In this document: positions 42,773-57,329 of the stretch, one piece after another
Position numbering within the stretch: the first letter of the stretch is position 1
How the letters are laid out: the number at the start of each line of letters is the position of its first letter
Source of the DNA: the human T2T-CHM13v2.0 reference genome, Homo sapiens
Assembly: GCF_009914755.1 (NCBI RefSeq)
Contig: NC_060947.1
Direction: 5' to 3' (one strand)
DNA length: 64,000 bases
The notes under the pieces: model-generated
Databases searched by the model: none
What the model saw: the letters and a program-made list of their open reading frames with translations, nothing else
What the model was told of the DNA's origin: nothing
Program-made: the position numbers and the translations under genes

Positions 42773-45700
42773 TAAGGCTAAGAGTTGGTGGTTATTTCCC
42801 CAAGGCTGAGGGTTGGTTTTTTTCTGGGCTTTAGCTAGGGTTACTTTTCTCACTGCAGAATCCCCTGTGGCCATGGCCCTGTAGGGCCCTCAAAGATCCT
42901 GCACCCTGGATTCAGAATCCAGTGAATTCATCTGGGTAGGGTCCCCAGGACACATTGGTAGGGAATATCCCCAGAGAGGACCTAAGAGTTCCAAAGTGGT
43001 AGGAGTACTCTAAGCCTGGTAGTTCGTAGAGCTGGGCCCAAGTCCGGTTTTGGCCACTGAATGGCAATGGAACAATTGATGAGTACCATTGTTCTCTCTG
43101 TGCCTCAATTTCTATATCTGTAACATGAGGGGATTTGACCATATGGTCTTTTTACATCTCTTTCAACTCTGCTATTTGATTCCCCTTCAGTGTGCCACAC
43201 ATCTCACAACCTCACTTTCCATCCCAAGATTGAGCTTCTCGAGTGAGCCCATGTGAACACCTAGCACAGGATTCCCAAAGGAATCTTATGCTGAAAAAAG
43301 AGGTCAACTGAGCCCAAGGATGTTTAGCATTTCTGACTCTTTTCCAGATAGCTCAGGCTGCTGACATATGGATGATTTGGGACAGATAATGATTTACATC
43401 ATGGGCATCAGAAGGATGATTAGCAATATCCCTTACTGAGATACAAACCCAGAACCCAGCTACCCAGCTAGGCCTGGGCTAAACTGAAACCCTAGTCCCA
43501 CTGGTTCCACTGGCAGAACTTGGCAGTATCAGGTGAGAAGCAGGCTCTAGGTTCATTTTCTGCTTTCTTTTCTGCCAGCCCTGCAGAAGAATGTGTGTAG
43601 GGTAAGGGAGAATAAATACCCTAACCACAGCCTGAGGAATATGGAATTCCTAAAGAACTCTGTTGACTTTCTGCCAAAGACACTTTGGAAGTTATGGTAC
43701 CTCCTACTTCCAATCTGCTTGGGCCGATGTAGGGGAATGCCAGCCTGGAAACACAGAAATGAGAAATGGCCGTGGTGACATGTCTGGGATGAGGTCAGAG
43801 CTAATTTGTCAGAGACTTGCTTTCTGAGCTTAGTTACCCAGAAAAGCGTCATGGCTCTCTAGGCCTAAGGTTCCACTCACAGTAGAGAATGATAATTGTG
43901 TTTTGCCTTAACTGGGCCCTGTGAGGTAAGCCAGCTTTCTTTATGACTTGAGCATTTCCAGCTGCCCAGCCTACCCTACAGCAGAGCTTGGATTTGGCCT
44001 GCAGTCATTTCTTGGCTTCGTCCTGTCCAACTGGGACAGAGAAGGGAAAAACCGTGTCCTGCCTGGAAACTACTCAGCACTCCCAGGGCAGCAGCTCCAA
44101 ACCTTTTCAGAACCCCTCTGGTGGTCAGCCTCATTCACCCCCAGCAAGCTGGTGCCTGGCTCCTTGTGGGGAGGAGCTAGGCTTCAAAAGCAGCTCCAGT
44201 CTCAGCACTATACAGCAAAGGTCTGTTTTTTAAGACCGAGCAGAGCAAAGTGTAAACGGATTAGCAACATATGGATTCCATTTCCCTTCCAATCCACATG
44301 GGCTCAATTACAGGAGGGGAAGGAGCTCAGATGTGGTGTTTTCTTCTGGCACGCTACTGTAGGCACATTGGAGTAGGCGTTCTGTTCTCTAGCCCCTAAC
44401 CTTCTTCTCTACCCGCTTTGTTCTTTCTGTAAGAGGATCTTCAGAGCCAAGAAACTTTCTGGATGGCTTCACATCCAGTGGAAAAATGGTTCTTCTCATG
44501 GCTAGAGCTCCAAATCATCCTTCCTGTTGTCTCAATCAGGGCCCTGAGTTCCTCCGAATGACATGGAATGGGGCAGGATGCAGGCAGGGCTGGTGGGGCT
44601 TTGGAAAACCCAAACAATGGGCATCCATCCCTGGGGCCCAGCTAGAAGTAGATCCACCACATGGATCTAAACCAAATCCTATGTTTTTCCCCCACTGGCC
44701 CCTTCCCTGAAGGTCTAACACAAGGCCCCTTGGATAAGGCCCCCAAGCCAGGCCGATCCCATAGGGTACCTAGAATCTAATGGGCACAGGCCCAAAGGAA
44801 CCTGACAGAAGAGGAACCGTTGGCTTAGCTATGTGTTCCAAGCAGAGACAACCCTTTCAAAACCAAATCCTTGCTCACGTCCAGTGAATACCAGCAGATG
44901 GAAAGCAATAGTGATGACAGCTATCTTAGAATCATGCACCATATCTTCTCTGCAGCTTAGGCCCAGTTCTTTAGTATGAGGACTGGGTCTATCTCCAGAG
45001 AAGAACTGCCTGACCAAGAAGAGTATTAGGTAATTTAGTGGCCAGATAAGAACTATTGCAAAATATATTGAGGCATCAAAAAGAAAACAAAATTCTTTAC
45101 TAGGTTGTGCCAATATTATCTGGGGGCATATGGCTGGCCAAGCTGACCTTCCTATTGCCTTTCCCCTTCTGACCCTTTATGTTACAGAGGCTTATGTCCA
45201 CAGCAGGGCCTATGAGTTTTAAGCCAGGACCTGTCTTACTTGGCCAGGCCCACAAATTCTTTGAGGCTCCACTTCCTGTCAAGGAGCCAGGCTACTCTAG
45301 GGAACAAATCTATACCATATCCAGAAACAAAGGCAGGACTCTAAAAGTTAAAGAGACTCCTTACCTAATGATTCCCGCTGAGATCGTCCAGGGCCTAGTG
45401 TAAAGGGACTTGGGATATGTGGACCTTGGGCAGGGTTTGGGAGGGCGTATGTCTCAGAAGAACATCAGCCATTCTCTGAAATATTAATGGCCTTAGCATG
45501 GAGAAAGACACTGAAGAGTCCCATGGAAGGTTTCAATCTTCCAGGATTTTGACTTCTTGCAGACCTTTGTTGCTACCTGGGATAAAAGCTTTGCCACCAC
45601 CAATAGTAAGGTGAGGCTAGTCTCTCTAAGACAATGACTCCCTGTAGCCCCTCATCCAGCTTTTACATGGGCTAGTTCTGGCTTTCCTTTGAACAGTCCT

Positions 45701-45948
45701 CTTTGATGGGGTGCTATGAGTCATGCTAGAGTCACACAGACCTGGATTCAAGTCCAAGTTTTGCTGATTCCCAGTTATGTTACCTTGGGCTAATTATTTT
45801 ACCTCGCTGAGCCTCTGCTTCCCCATCTGCAACACAGGGATCAGAAGGCCCTCTTCTTTGTCTGTTCTGAGGGTCAGTGGCAAGTGGGGCTGTGGGTTAA
45901 GGGCGGAGGAATGGAAGTCTCAGGAAGCTGACAGGGGAGGGCAGGTAG

Positions 45949-46506
<558 letters not shown>

Positions 46507-47329
46507 TAGATTCCAGAGGGTGGGGGTGGGAGACATTGAAAGGGCAGAGCTGGGACCTTTGGGAAAAGAAACAAAATATTGGTTGGAGAGATCCAGAGAG
46601 GGAAAAAGAGAGAGGTTGAGGGAAGACCTTAGTGGAAAATGGGGGCAATTCCACAGGGGGAAGCCCATGGACCATGGCTTCTCCCACAGTAAAAATTTAG
46701 ATAGATTTTGAAGAGATACGCATTGCCAGGATGCAGGAGACTGGCCCGGGTGACCCAAGACAGGATTCTGTGGAATGCTGGTCTTTGTGGTCAAATGATT
46801 TTGTTTAGGAAGTAACATATACTGGATCTCTCTAGCTTTATAATGTGTAGTAATCTCTTAAAGGGACTAAAAAAAATTGTAGGAAAGAAACCCATTCAGC
46901 TTTGTTTAACTCACCATCCACCAAACTTATGCAACTACAGAACTGTTGGTTGTAGTCCAGCTGTTATCCTCCACAGGCTTCATGTTTCCTAAAACACACT
47001 TTGGAAGAGTTGCCTGGAAGTTGCTGGATTCTTCTCCCCTGGTGATTTGATGTTGCCCTAGGCTGTCAGTTTGGGGTAAGGGAATGGGGAGATTGTAGAG
47101 AAACCCTTGGATTTTCTCAATCATTTAGGCTATTTTCTGTCTTGCTGGGGCTTAGAAGGGGCGTGGAGGTACCCACCCTCCTTAGCTGTTGCTCAGAAGT
47201 CCAGAATCCAGACAGCCAAGGGATAAGCAGCCAGAGAGCTTGTCATGGAGGTAGGGCTACAGGAGAGGGGGTTTCTGTCCTGCTCCAGGAAAGTAAGCAG
47301 TAGGGGATTCTGGATATGCCTACAGTTAA

Positions 47330-47674
<345 letters not shown>

Positions 47675-49259
47675 TAAACAAAGAAAATCATCCTTGTTCT
47701 GCCTCTTTTACCAAGATTGAGTGAGGATTCTGTGAGAGCAGTGTATATGGAACCTATTAGAACACGTGTAAAGGAAGATTTTATTAATAATGGCTCTCCA
47801 TGCTCCAAGACTATTTTCTGTGTGAACTAGGCTCTGGTCTGGTCTGAATACAGGCCACTGTTCAGGCTGTCAGTCTTTATCTACCTGGCAGCAGTATTGC
47901 CTTTCTTACCTGACTTATGATCCTGCAGGTGGGTTTATGAAGTGGTACCCAAGTGCAGAGCCCTGTGAAGGGGCAAAGATAGCCCCCAAAATCAAGTAGT
48001 CACAAGTAATCCATCAGGAAGGTGATTGAGTTCTGACTCATTTATCTCCTGGGAAAGCCCTAAAAGCACATGCAAGGGGCCCTAGCTACACTTACAGTGG
48101 TGATTTCTCTGTCTCTGATAGCCCCAAGTGCCCTCCTAAGTACCCTCAAATATCTTGGATGGAAATATGATTAACTTTTCCTTAACTTTTTTGGTGTTAG
48201 ATTACAAGAGTTGGTAAATCTGCTTTGTCAGAGGCAGGGTTGCTTTTAAGGTCCATCCAATCCAACCTCATTACAGTGGTGGAGAAACAGAGGGAAAGGC
48301 TCACACAGACAGTAGTAGCAGAGCTGAACTCCTATGCAACACACTTCTCATATTCTACCTTGCCCTAAGTGATGGCAGAGCCAAGTCTCAGAGATGATAA
48401 GTGACTTGACCAAGGTCAAACCAAGAGATAATCTTGTGATTGAGATAAACCAATTGAGATTTTGAATTCCTGTGCAAATATCAGCAAGTGCTTTATCTGG
48501 GTGGCTATTTGCATAGGAATATGTGTGGCTTTCCCAGCCTCACCCACATGACACCCCTGTGAGTCTTCCCTGCCAGTATTAGCAGCTCCAAGATGCCAAA
48601 GAGTTCTGGAAATCAGGGTAATCTGGCATTGGGCCAGGGCTTTATCTTGAGAAGAGGCAGCAGCCCCTGCCTAGTCGTATAACTCATGTGATTCTTACTA
48701 CAGTCCCTAGGAGAAAGGTAGAGTCTGAGCAGCTTTTGCTTTCTGTTATACAGTGGGAGTCCAAGGGACAGGGAGGCATTAGCCAGTTAGAGGCCAAGAT
48801 AGGCTTAGGACCCAGTGCCTCTGCTGACCACCCACCCACTGCTCCTGCCCCTTTTCCTTACTCTTACTTCACCGAGTTTTACTTAGAATAATATAAAATA
48901 ATCTTAGAACATTATAGCTGAAACATATCTTCATCAACTAGTAGTTGAACTTCCTCATTTTACAAATTGAGTGTCTTGGGCCAAGAGCACAAGACAATGG
49001 ATGAACTTCTTTCTCTTGAGTTTGTTAAGATACTCCATCACAGGAATTTGCCCCCCTTTCTCCCTGCATGTAATGCAGGAGTACAGGCCTAGGGGAGGAA
49101 ACGAGTGTACACACCTTCAGGTTCTGAAGAGCTATCCACTAGACTCTGTGGCTCTTAATGTTGGTAAAGACAAGCACATATCTCTGGCTTCAAGCCCCTG
49201 GACAGTCTGCTGGAAAGGAAATAGCGACAGGCTGCAGGACAGCCTCACTTTGTGCCAAT

Positions 49260-49353
49260 TCTTGAGGCCTGTTTCTCACGTCCAAGAGGGATTTTAAATT
49301 TCTGAATCTTGAGGCCTGTTTCTCACGTCCAAGAGAGATTTTAAATTTCTGAA
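49260..49353. repeat. Tandem duplication, 2 x 47 bp, one mismatch
   Basis: tcttgaggcctgtttctcacgtccaagag(g/a)gattttaaatttctgaa occurs twice. Confidence 0.95.
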
Positions 49354-49842
49354 CCTTGGCAAAGCCTCATGGAGGATGTTTAACAGACAGCTAGATACAA
49401 TAGGTAATACTTAGACCTGATTAAAATCAGTTAATAGGGTCCTTTGTGTTATATAATGGTATTAACTTTTAATTTCCATAATGGGCTTTGTTGATAGGTG
49501 TGTCTGGTTTTATCCCATAGTTGTGTGTGAATCTCTTAGAGGAGAAGCTCAGGTACCGGGGTTCTTATTCCTAGCTTCTGCCTAGCTACCTCAAAACTGC
49601 CTGGGCAAAGTTCAAAGTCTCCCAACAAAAAGATGTCCTCAGATGGCATTATCCTCTCCAAAAATCAACTGATCAACCTAAAAAACTCACTGCCAGCAAC
49701 AACATAGAAAATCTTTAGGGCACCAAATAACCTTGACCCCCACTCCTTCCATGTGTTCTTGGCTAAGTTGGCTTGCTTGTGTGAACTACTGGAAAATCCT
49801 TGGGCCTATTAAGGCCTTGATAGAGAGATCAGATCTTAGCCC

Positions 49843-49870
49843 TGACCCTGGGATGACCTGGCTCTGACCT
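49843..49870 (-). promoter_or_regulatory. Compound DR5 (RARE-like) element
   Basis: TGACCC-tggga-TGACCT-ggctc-TGACCT. Confidence 0.5.
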
Positions 49871-50771
49871 GGCTCTACTGGCTGCAGGGGGTTGGCAGCA
49901 GCGGGATGGGGGCAGGGTTCCTTTCTCTGCCTGAAGCCCAGGTCTTCAGTCTAGCTGGCCAACACAGGTTGCAAATGAAGACCAGCTGTGTTTGCAGCAG
50001 CCCTTTTCTCTGTGGAGAAGGAAAAAAAAAACAACCTCTGGAAAGGCAGTTTCTTCATTTTGGAGTCATTTTGCTTAGCCCAGAGAAAGCCCAGTGGCTA
50101 GTCAGTGTTCCTGGGTTGGCTTCATTCTCCCTAGACATACACCTTCCCAGTGGCTTGGTTCCCCTGGAAGGCTCCTCTGTTGCCTTCTCAGGGTGTCCAG
50201 CCAAGCCCAGAGGCCCCCAGAGCCATGTGTCTGAGATGTCTGAGATAGGCAGTGCAGTCCATGTCCTAAAGCATAGGAACCTGGGTGAATGTCCCAATGG
50301 TTTCCTTTATGCCAAGGTATTTTATAAAATCAGCCCCCACAAAAATGGGCTCTGGCTCCTTCCCCATTTCAAGAAGCTGTGCCTTCCACTTACAACCCCA
50401 TCTGATCATCATGCAAGCCATCCTCATGTCCTCCCTTCCCTCTTTCCATATTTTACTTGGATCTGAGAACACCGGTATGGCCTGATCCCAGACCCTGATC
50501 CCTGGGGAAGCCAAATACAGGCTCAGAAAGCAGAAACAACAATTCCTTTTATCTTAGGGTCTAGTGCAAGACAAACTTCTTGAGGCCAGGGGCCAAGTAT
50601 CCCCCAACTTTCTTTTTTTAATCCCAACAGAATCACAGTTAAGTAGGGGCTTTCTTGGACTTTGAATCCCTCAGTGCAAGACTTTGAAAGGGCCTAACCA
50701 TTCAGCCCAACTGCTCTCTCTGTTGACACCTTCCCCCTCCCACCACCCCATTTTATAGATGGTAGAAATGA

Positions 50772-51104
<333 letters not shown>

Positions 51105-51576
51105 TGAATCAGGGAGTCCTTTTTTCCCTGGGTACTGGCACTCCTGAGCATCTCTCCTTGAGGCCCCTTTTCCTCTTATCGTCTATTTAAGCAGCTTTGT
51201 CAGAGTGCGTGAAACCCCTTATCACTACTGGTGGAAGAGATTAAACACAGTACACACGCATGGATCCATTCTGCGGGATGGATTTTCCATGGTGGTATAT
51301 CTGTTTCAATAGGATTTTATTTCAGACAGCAGGGATCCTTCCAGCGGGGTGGAGAGAAAAATGAGTTTGGCTTTCTGACAGTTCCACTGATCTAGTATCC
51401 TCTCACTCTCTCCACAGGCAAGTGATTATTTGCAAGGTAGTTGGGTAGGAAGAGAAGAGAAAGCAGGCTCTGGTTTTATTAAAACCTAGGGACATCCTCC
51501 TCCTCCTCTGCTGGCTTCTGAACTGAGCCTGTAGAAGATATTTGATTAAAGTAATACCCCAGAATTAAGCCAGTGA

Positions 51577-52072
<496 letters not shown>

Positions 52073-52929
52073 TGATTCACGCATTAGCTTCTCCTAGGCT
52101 GGTCAAATGAGTTAATTCAACAAATATTCTTCGAACACAAATTATGTGCAAGGTGATATGAGGGCACTGTGTGACAGTGGCAAAAGCTTTCACTCAGGCT
52201 TCTGGGCAACAGCCACACTACCCATTGGGGGAAGGGGGCCTCTACTCACCCCCTGATCCAAACAGTGCCCCAGAATCCACATTTCTTTCCAATTTGCTTA
52301 ACTCCTGAGTAAGCAAAAGGCCAAGGGCCTTTTTGCCTTTTCTGAATACTGTTTCTGGGCTCTGAGGTACTACGAGGTACCACATATTAGCTTCTGGAAG
52401 TGAGTAGGGAAGGCCTTGCATCCCATGTCAAACATATCCTTGGTTTGGCAGCTTGGAGAAACCCAGAGGGGACAACCATATATGTAACTGAAAGGAACAC
52501 GTATAGCCTCTTGCTAGGACAAATGGAACTTCAGAGAAGGGTCACTTCAGAGAAAAGGAAAATAAAAACTCATCTGAAATGTACCACAGGAACCATTTGT
52601 GGGGGCAGGGGGCGGGGGTAGGAGGCTGGGAAATATCACTGTGGACCAAGACAACACTTGGCCATCTTCTGTGGATTTCTTTTAAACTAGGTTTCCTCCT
52701 AACTCCGTAACTAGGTGTGACTAGATCTTAGATTGATGAAAGTCATAAATGGAGAAACTTTAAGAGAAGCTTCATTAGCTTCTTTCATAATGAGCATTCG
52801 CTCAAGGGCCTGCAGCCCCAATGCCTTGAAGTTGAGGGAGCTCCTGAGTTAAGGCAATACACGCCAAGATTATCTGGATAGGCACTGTGATGGCCCCTAG
52901 AACGGGCTGAGAGTACCTTTGGACAGTAG

Positions 52930-53190
<261 letters not shown>

Positions 53191-55558
53191 TGCCTTTCTT
53201 GCCATTGTGTGCCCTTTCCCAGCTCTTCCCCTTCATCCCACCCTGCTCAGCATTTACATTTTTGCCACCAGCACACTTGTTCCCAGACCTGCGCACACAG
53301 CATTTCAGCCACCTGACAATCTCCTTGGAGTCAAAGCTCCAGGTGTTCCAAACTCATTAACTAAATTCTCCCCAGAATGCTTTTAAATTTTCCAGGGCCT
53401 TTCTCCTCCCAGGATCTGGGAAAGCTTGGGAACCACCCCTGGCCTTTGGAACCTCTCCATATACTTTCTAAGCTCTGGGGGAGGAGGAGGATGGGACCTC
53501 CTGGACCCAGCTTGTTAGTCACCCACTATAATCAACTGCCAAAGGTGCTACTGTGTCCCCAGGAGCCTAATAGGGTAGGCCCAAATCTCTGTTTGCTGAG
53601 GAGGTCATTGCCATCCATATTTGGGAGCCACTGGGTGGAGGGGCAGGGAGGCAAAATGAGACAAGTAGCCTTGGTTAGTCTTAGAGTTGCTGATGACTGT
53701 GGCTTCCCAAGAACTGGGTACAAGCAGTGCCCTTATTGTATGGTTGGTTAACAGTCTGCTCCCCTCTTCCCTTCCTTCTTTTTTTCCTCTACTGACTTCT
53801 CTCCATACTCTTTCCCCTCTATTTCTTTGTATGACTGTCATAGACACATGGGTGCTTGAAGAAAGGAGGGACCCGGAACTTGGGCCAATCAGCCTCACCT
53901 TGTCCCAGTCCACTCCTAACACTAGCATCAGTCCCACTCATCTCAGGCTGAGCCACATCTCACTTTTTCGCTCAAGCTATATAATCCTAGACTGGAAGAG
54001 TAGAATATCATATAGGGAAGAAACCTTAAACACCACAGTGTTCCATGTTCCAGTCACTGATTTTTACAAATCTTACAGTCCAAGGCATTAACCTCAAGGC
54101 CCTCCCAGCACCCCATTCTTGTATACACATGGCAAAATGTGAAGAAACTCCTTTCATCTCAGCAGGTAGAGGAGGACTGATGACACGAGCTGCCATGGCG
54201 GGAGGAGGGGCAGTAGTTATTGATATGGTGAGCCCCATCTCTCAGTTTTCATGACAGGTCTATATTTCTACCTGGGCCAGGCCAGGAAAGAGACTATTTA
54301 AGAAAAAAAAAATCAATTCCTAGCCTGGATCCCAAAAAGGTACAGGCAGCAGTTGCACATAGGGTTGGAAAATTTCTTTTGGGAAGGGGAAGCCATCCCA
54401 GCCTTTACCACCCAATGTGTCTCCCATGCTGGGCATCCTAGGCCACTTTGCTTAGAGGGCATTAAAGGTGCCATGAAAGGTAGACTCTGAACCACTTTGA
54501 TCCCTCTGAAGTAGGTGACTGATGCCTCCTTATGCCCAGGCTCTGGCAACAGTCTTACTGAAGAACATTCCCAGTGCCCCTGGCTAGGGGCAGAGGGCAC
54601 TGCCAGGCTGTGTTCAGTTAGCACAGCTCACCTCATTAGGAGCTCAGCCTCTCTCCTCACTCTGCCTCTTTGTGTCTCTTTTTCTCCTCTCTGAGCCTTT
54701 GTCTATTGTGTTCCTGTCACCCACCCTTTCATCATCTTTTTGCCAGGCATTCCTGGCTGTCACTTGGAGCCAACAGTAACTTGCCACCTTAAGGCAGGGT
54801 CATCCCCGGGCCAGGAGGATGAGGTTGTCCTGAGGGGCTCCAAAGAAGACAATAGTTCCCACTCATGATTTTCCGTTACAAACAGGCAGCTGGGGCATGG
54901 TTGGCCTCCAATGATTTCATTCAAGGCCAAAGTCCTGAGCCCCCTCCGCTGGTCCCAGTCCAGCTCTTATCAACTCCCCAAAGGAAAACCCACTGGTTCT
55001 TAGCTCTGTGGGTAGGAAGGGGCCCTAGAAAGGGCCTAGTTACTATCCTGTCAGTTCTAACAGTAGTGGAACAGGAGAATCTGGGCCCTAGGAGCCCTGT
55101 AACTCCCAGGAGAGACCACTGAAAATACTGGAGCAACAATGCCCCTGCTTCCATTTCTCCCCACCTCACTCTCACCAAGTCACCAGAGGGTGGTTCTGTA
55201 GGACCTCTTTTGTTGCTTAAGATGCAGATGGCTCTTAAGAATCAGGCAGTCGCCCACTTCTCTCCAGATGAAGGGAAGACATTCATAGGTCCCAAATCTG
55301 CCCATTCAGATGTCACATAATATGGTGGGATATCAATTTACTTCTTCCACACATGTGGTTGTGCACATGTGAGCTTGTGTGCTTTTGGAGAGAATGTTGA
55401 TTGGCAAAAGCAGCACAGTATTAATATTTAGAGTAGGATGCAGCCTCTTATGCACCACAGTTAAATCTAGAACGAACAAAATTTCAGAGCTCAAGACATG
55501 GGACATTTAAATCCTCAAGGAGTTTGGAACAAAATAAACAGATCTAAAAATTTGGTTT
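53191..55558 (+). other. SLC16A2: SLC16A2 3' UTR (end approximate)
   Basis: Unique sequence between the stop codon and the AATAAA at 55533. Confidence 0.75.
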
Positions 55559-55572
55559 GGGTATGTATGTTG
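55533..55572 (+). terminator. Polyadenylation signal with GU/U-rich downstream element
   Basis: AATAAA at 55533-55538 followed by tttggtttgggtatgtatgttg. Confidence 0.75.
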
Positions 55573-57329
55573 CCTACAAGGAAGAAATAGTCTTAACCTG
55601 ATTAATAGCAGAAAGTTTGACTTCAGAGCTGAAGTCTCCTTTCAAATCAAATTTCTGCCAGGTTCTATGCTCTCTGTGAGAGCAGACATTAGAAAAAGAG
55701 CTATATAGGGGTTTGGAGTTGGTTGACTATTTGAGATTGGATTTTTAAACAAGCTCTGAAGTGGAAAAGTGGTTACTTCACAAAATGAGAATGTGGTTAC
55801 TTGCTGAGTTGGAATGGAGGCCCCACCAAGGCCACAGCCTTGCTACAAATGTGCCATATTGAAAACTGGCATTAATAATAATCCAATTCAGCTCTCCTTC
55901 CCTCTCCCTTATGTTATTGATGGGGAACCTAAAGGGACTTATATGGCTGGCTGACACAGCCTGGCAGTGACAGAGCCTGGAATTAAGGATGATGCAGGAG
56001 ACAGACCTATAAGAATGACAAAGCTGAGAGTAACCTTAGAGTCTCCCTTGTCCATCCTGTGCATTGAATTTAAGTGGAGAGACTGAGGCCTAGAGGTAGG
56101 AAGAGACTGCAGTAGGTTCACACAGTTCATCAGTGACAGAGCAAGATGAGACTTGAACTCATGTCATTGACTTCCAGTACAGTTTACACCCCTGGTTTTA
56201 CAGATGAAGAAACTGGCCCTAGGAGGGATAAATGACTTGCCCACTTCATTCAACAACTGTGTACCAAACCCATTTCCATAAGTGTGTCAGCAGGACCAGC
56301 TCTGAGCAAAAATGAAAGTTTAGCAAAGTTTAACTTTTAGCATACCCCATGTCTTCATGATTACTCTCACCCGCAACTGACACATACTTTTGGTATTCTG
56401 TCTCCCAGTCACTCCAGACCATGCAATCTTGGCTTGGAGACCTGGTTTCACCTACTGTCCCTCCACCCCCAGCAACTCAAGAGGTACAAAAAAAATCCAT
56501 CTCCAAATGGCCACATACTGGGCAGGGCAGGGGCAAAGAGAAGTGACTGGTTTCCGGTTGGAAGAAGGTGGTTTACCACCCAGCTCTTGGCTATTGTTTC
56601 TCCTCAGACTCAGTGTAGACACCCTCAGGCTGGCTTCCTCATCTCCTCCCACTGAGGCTAATTACTCTGTCCCATTGCAGGGCCCCAGGCTCTCCCACCT
56701 AAGGTCTGCCCCGCTCCCCTAGCCCCTTCCCCAGCAGCCCCAAGGGTCCAGTCTGTGTTTGATCACCCAGGATTATTAGATTTCAAAGCTGTGGAATCCC
56801 ATAATTTTTACGAGCATATGCTCTCCTCTAGGGTCTTTTCACGTCTGAAAAGGCGGCCAGCAGCTCCCTGCCACTTCTCCACAGTAGCAGTGCAGGCCAG
56901 CTGACAAGGATTACAAATCCCTAGTGTCTCATAGCTGGCGCCTAGATAGTGTGGGTGACGGGTAGAATAAGAGCCCTTGAAGCAAGTTCAGAAATTCTAA
57001 TAAGCTGAAATGCAGCAGAGACTGCAGAGGCACAAGGAAAGGGATTAGATACCCAAATCCTGCAGGGGTTCAGGAGGCTATGCTTCAAAGCCCCTTTGAT
57101 TCCTGCCTTTCAGCTCTCTCTAGCGGTCACCAAGCGCAAAGTTCTATGCCTGGTTTTCAAGTCATTTAAGCAGTCTTTTCTAGAGACCTGCTGCGTGTCA
57201 GACACTCTGCTAGAATCCGGGAACTTCAGGAATGAAAGGAACATAAGTAGAAAAAAACCAGAAGAACACAAAGAGTTTGTACTACCTAACTTCCAAGATA
57301 CCCTTTTCTTCTCTGGGCGCCAGTACCCA

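Noticed and set aside
49906-50466. 186-aa sense ORF in intron 4
   Set aside because: No domain or compositional signal and no convincing splice context
52313-52336. Small hairpin aaaaggcc-aag-ggcctttt resembling an intrinsic terminator
   Set aside because: Rho-independent terminators are irrelevant in a mammalian intron, and the stem is short enough to be chance
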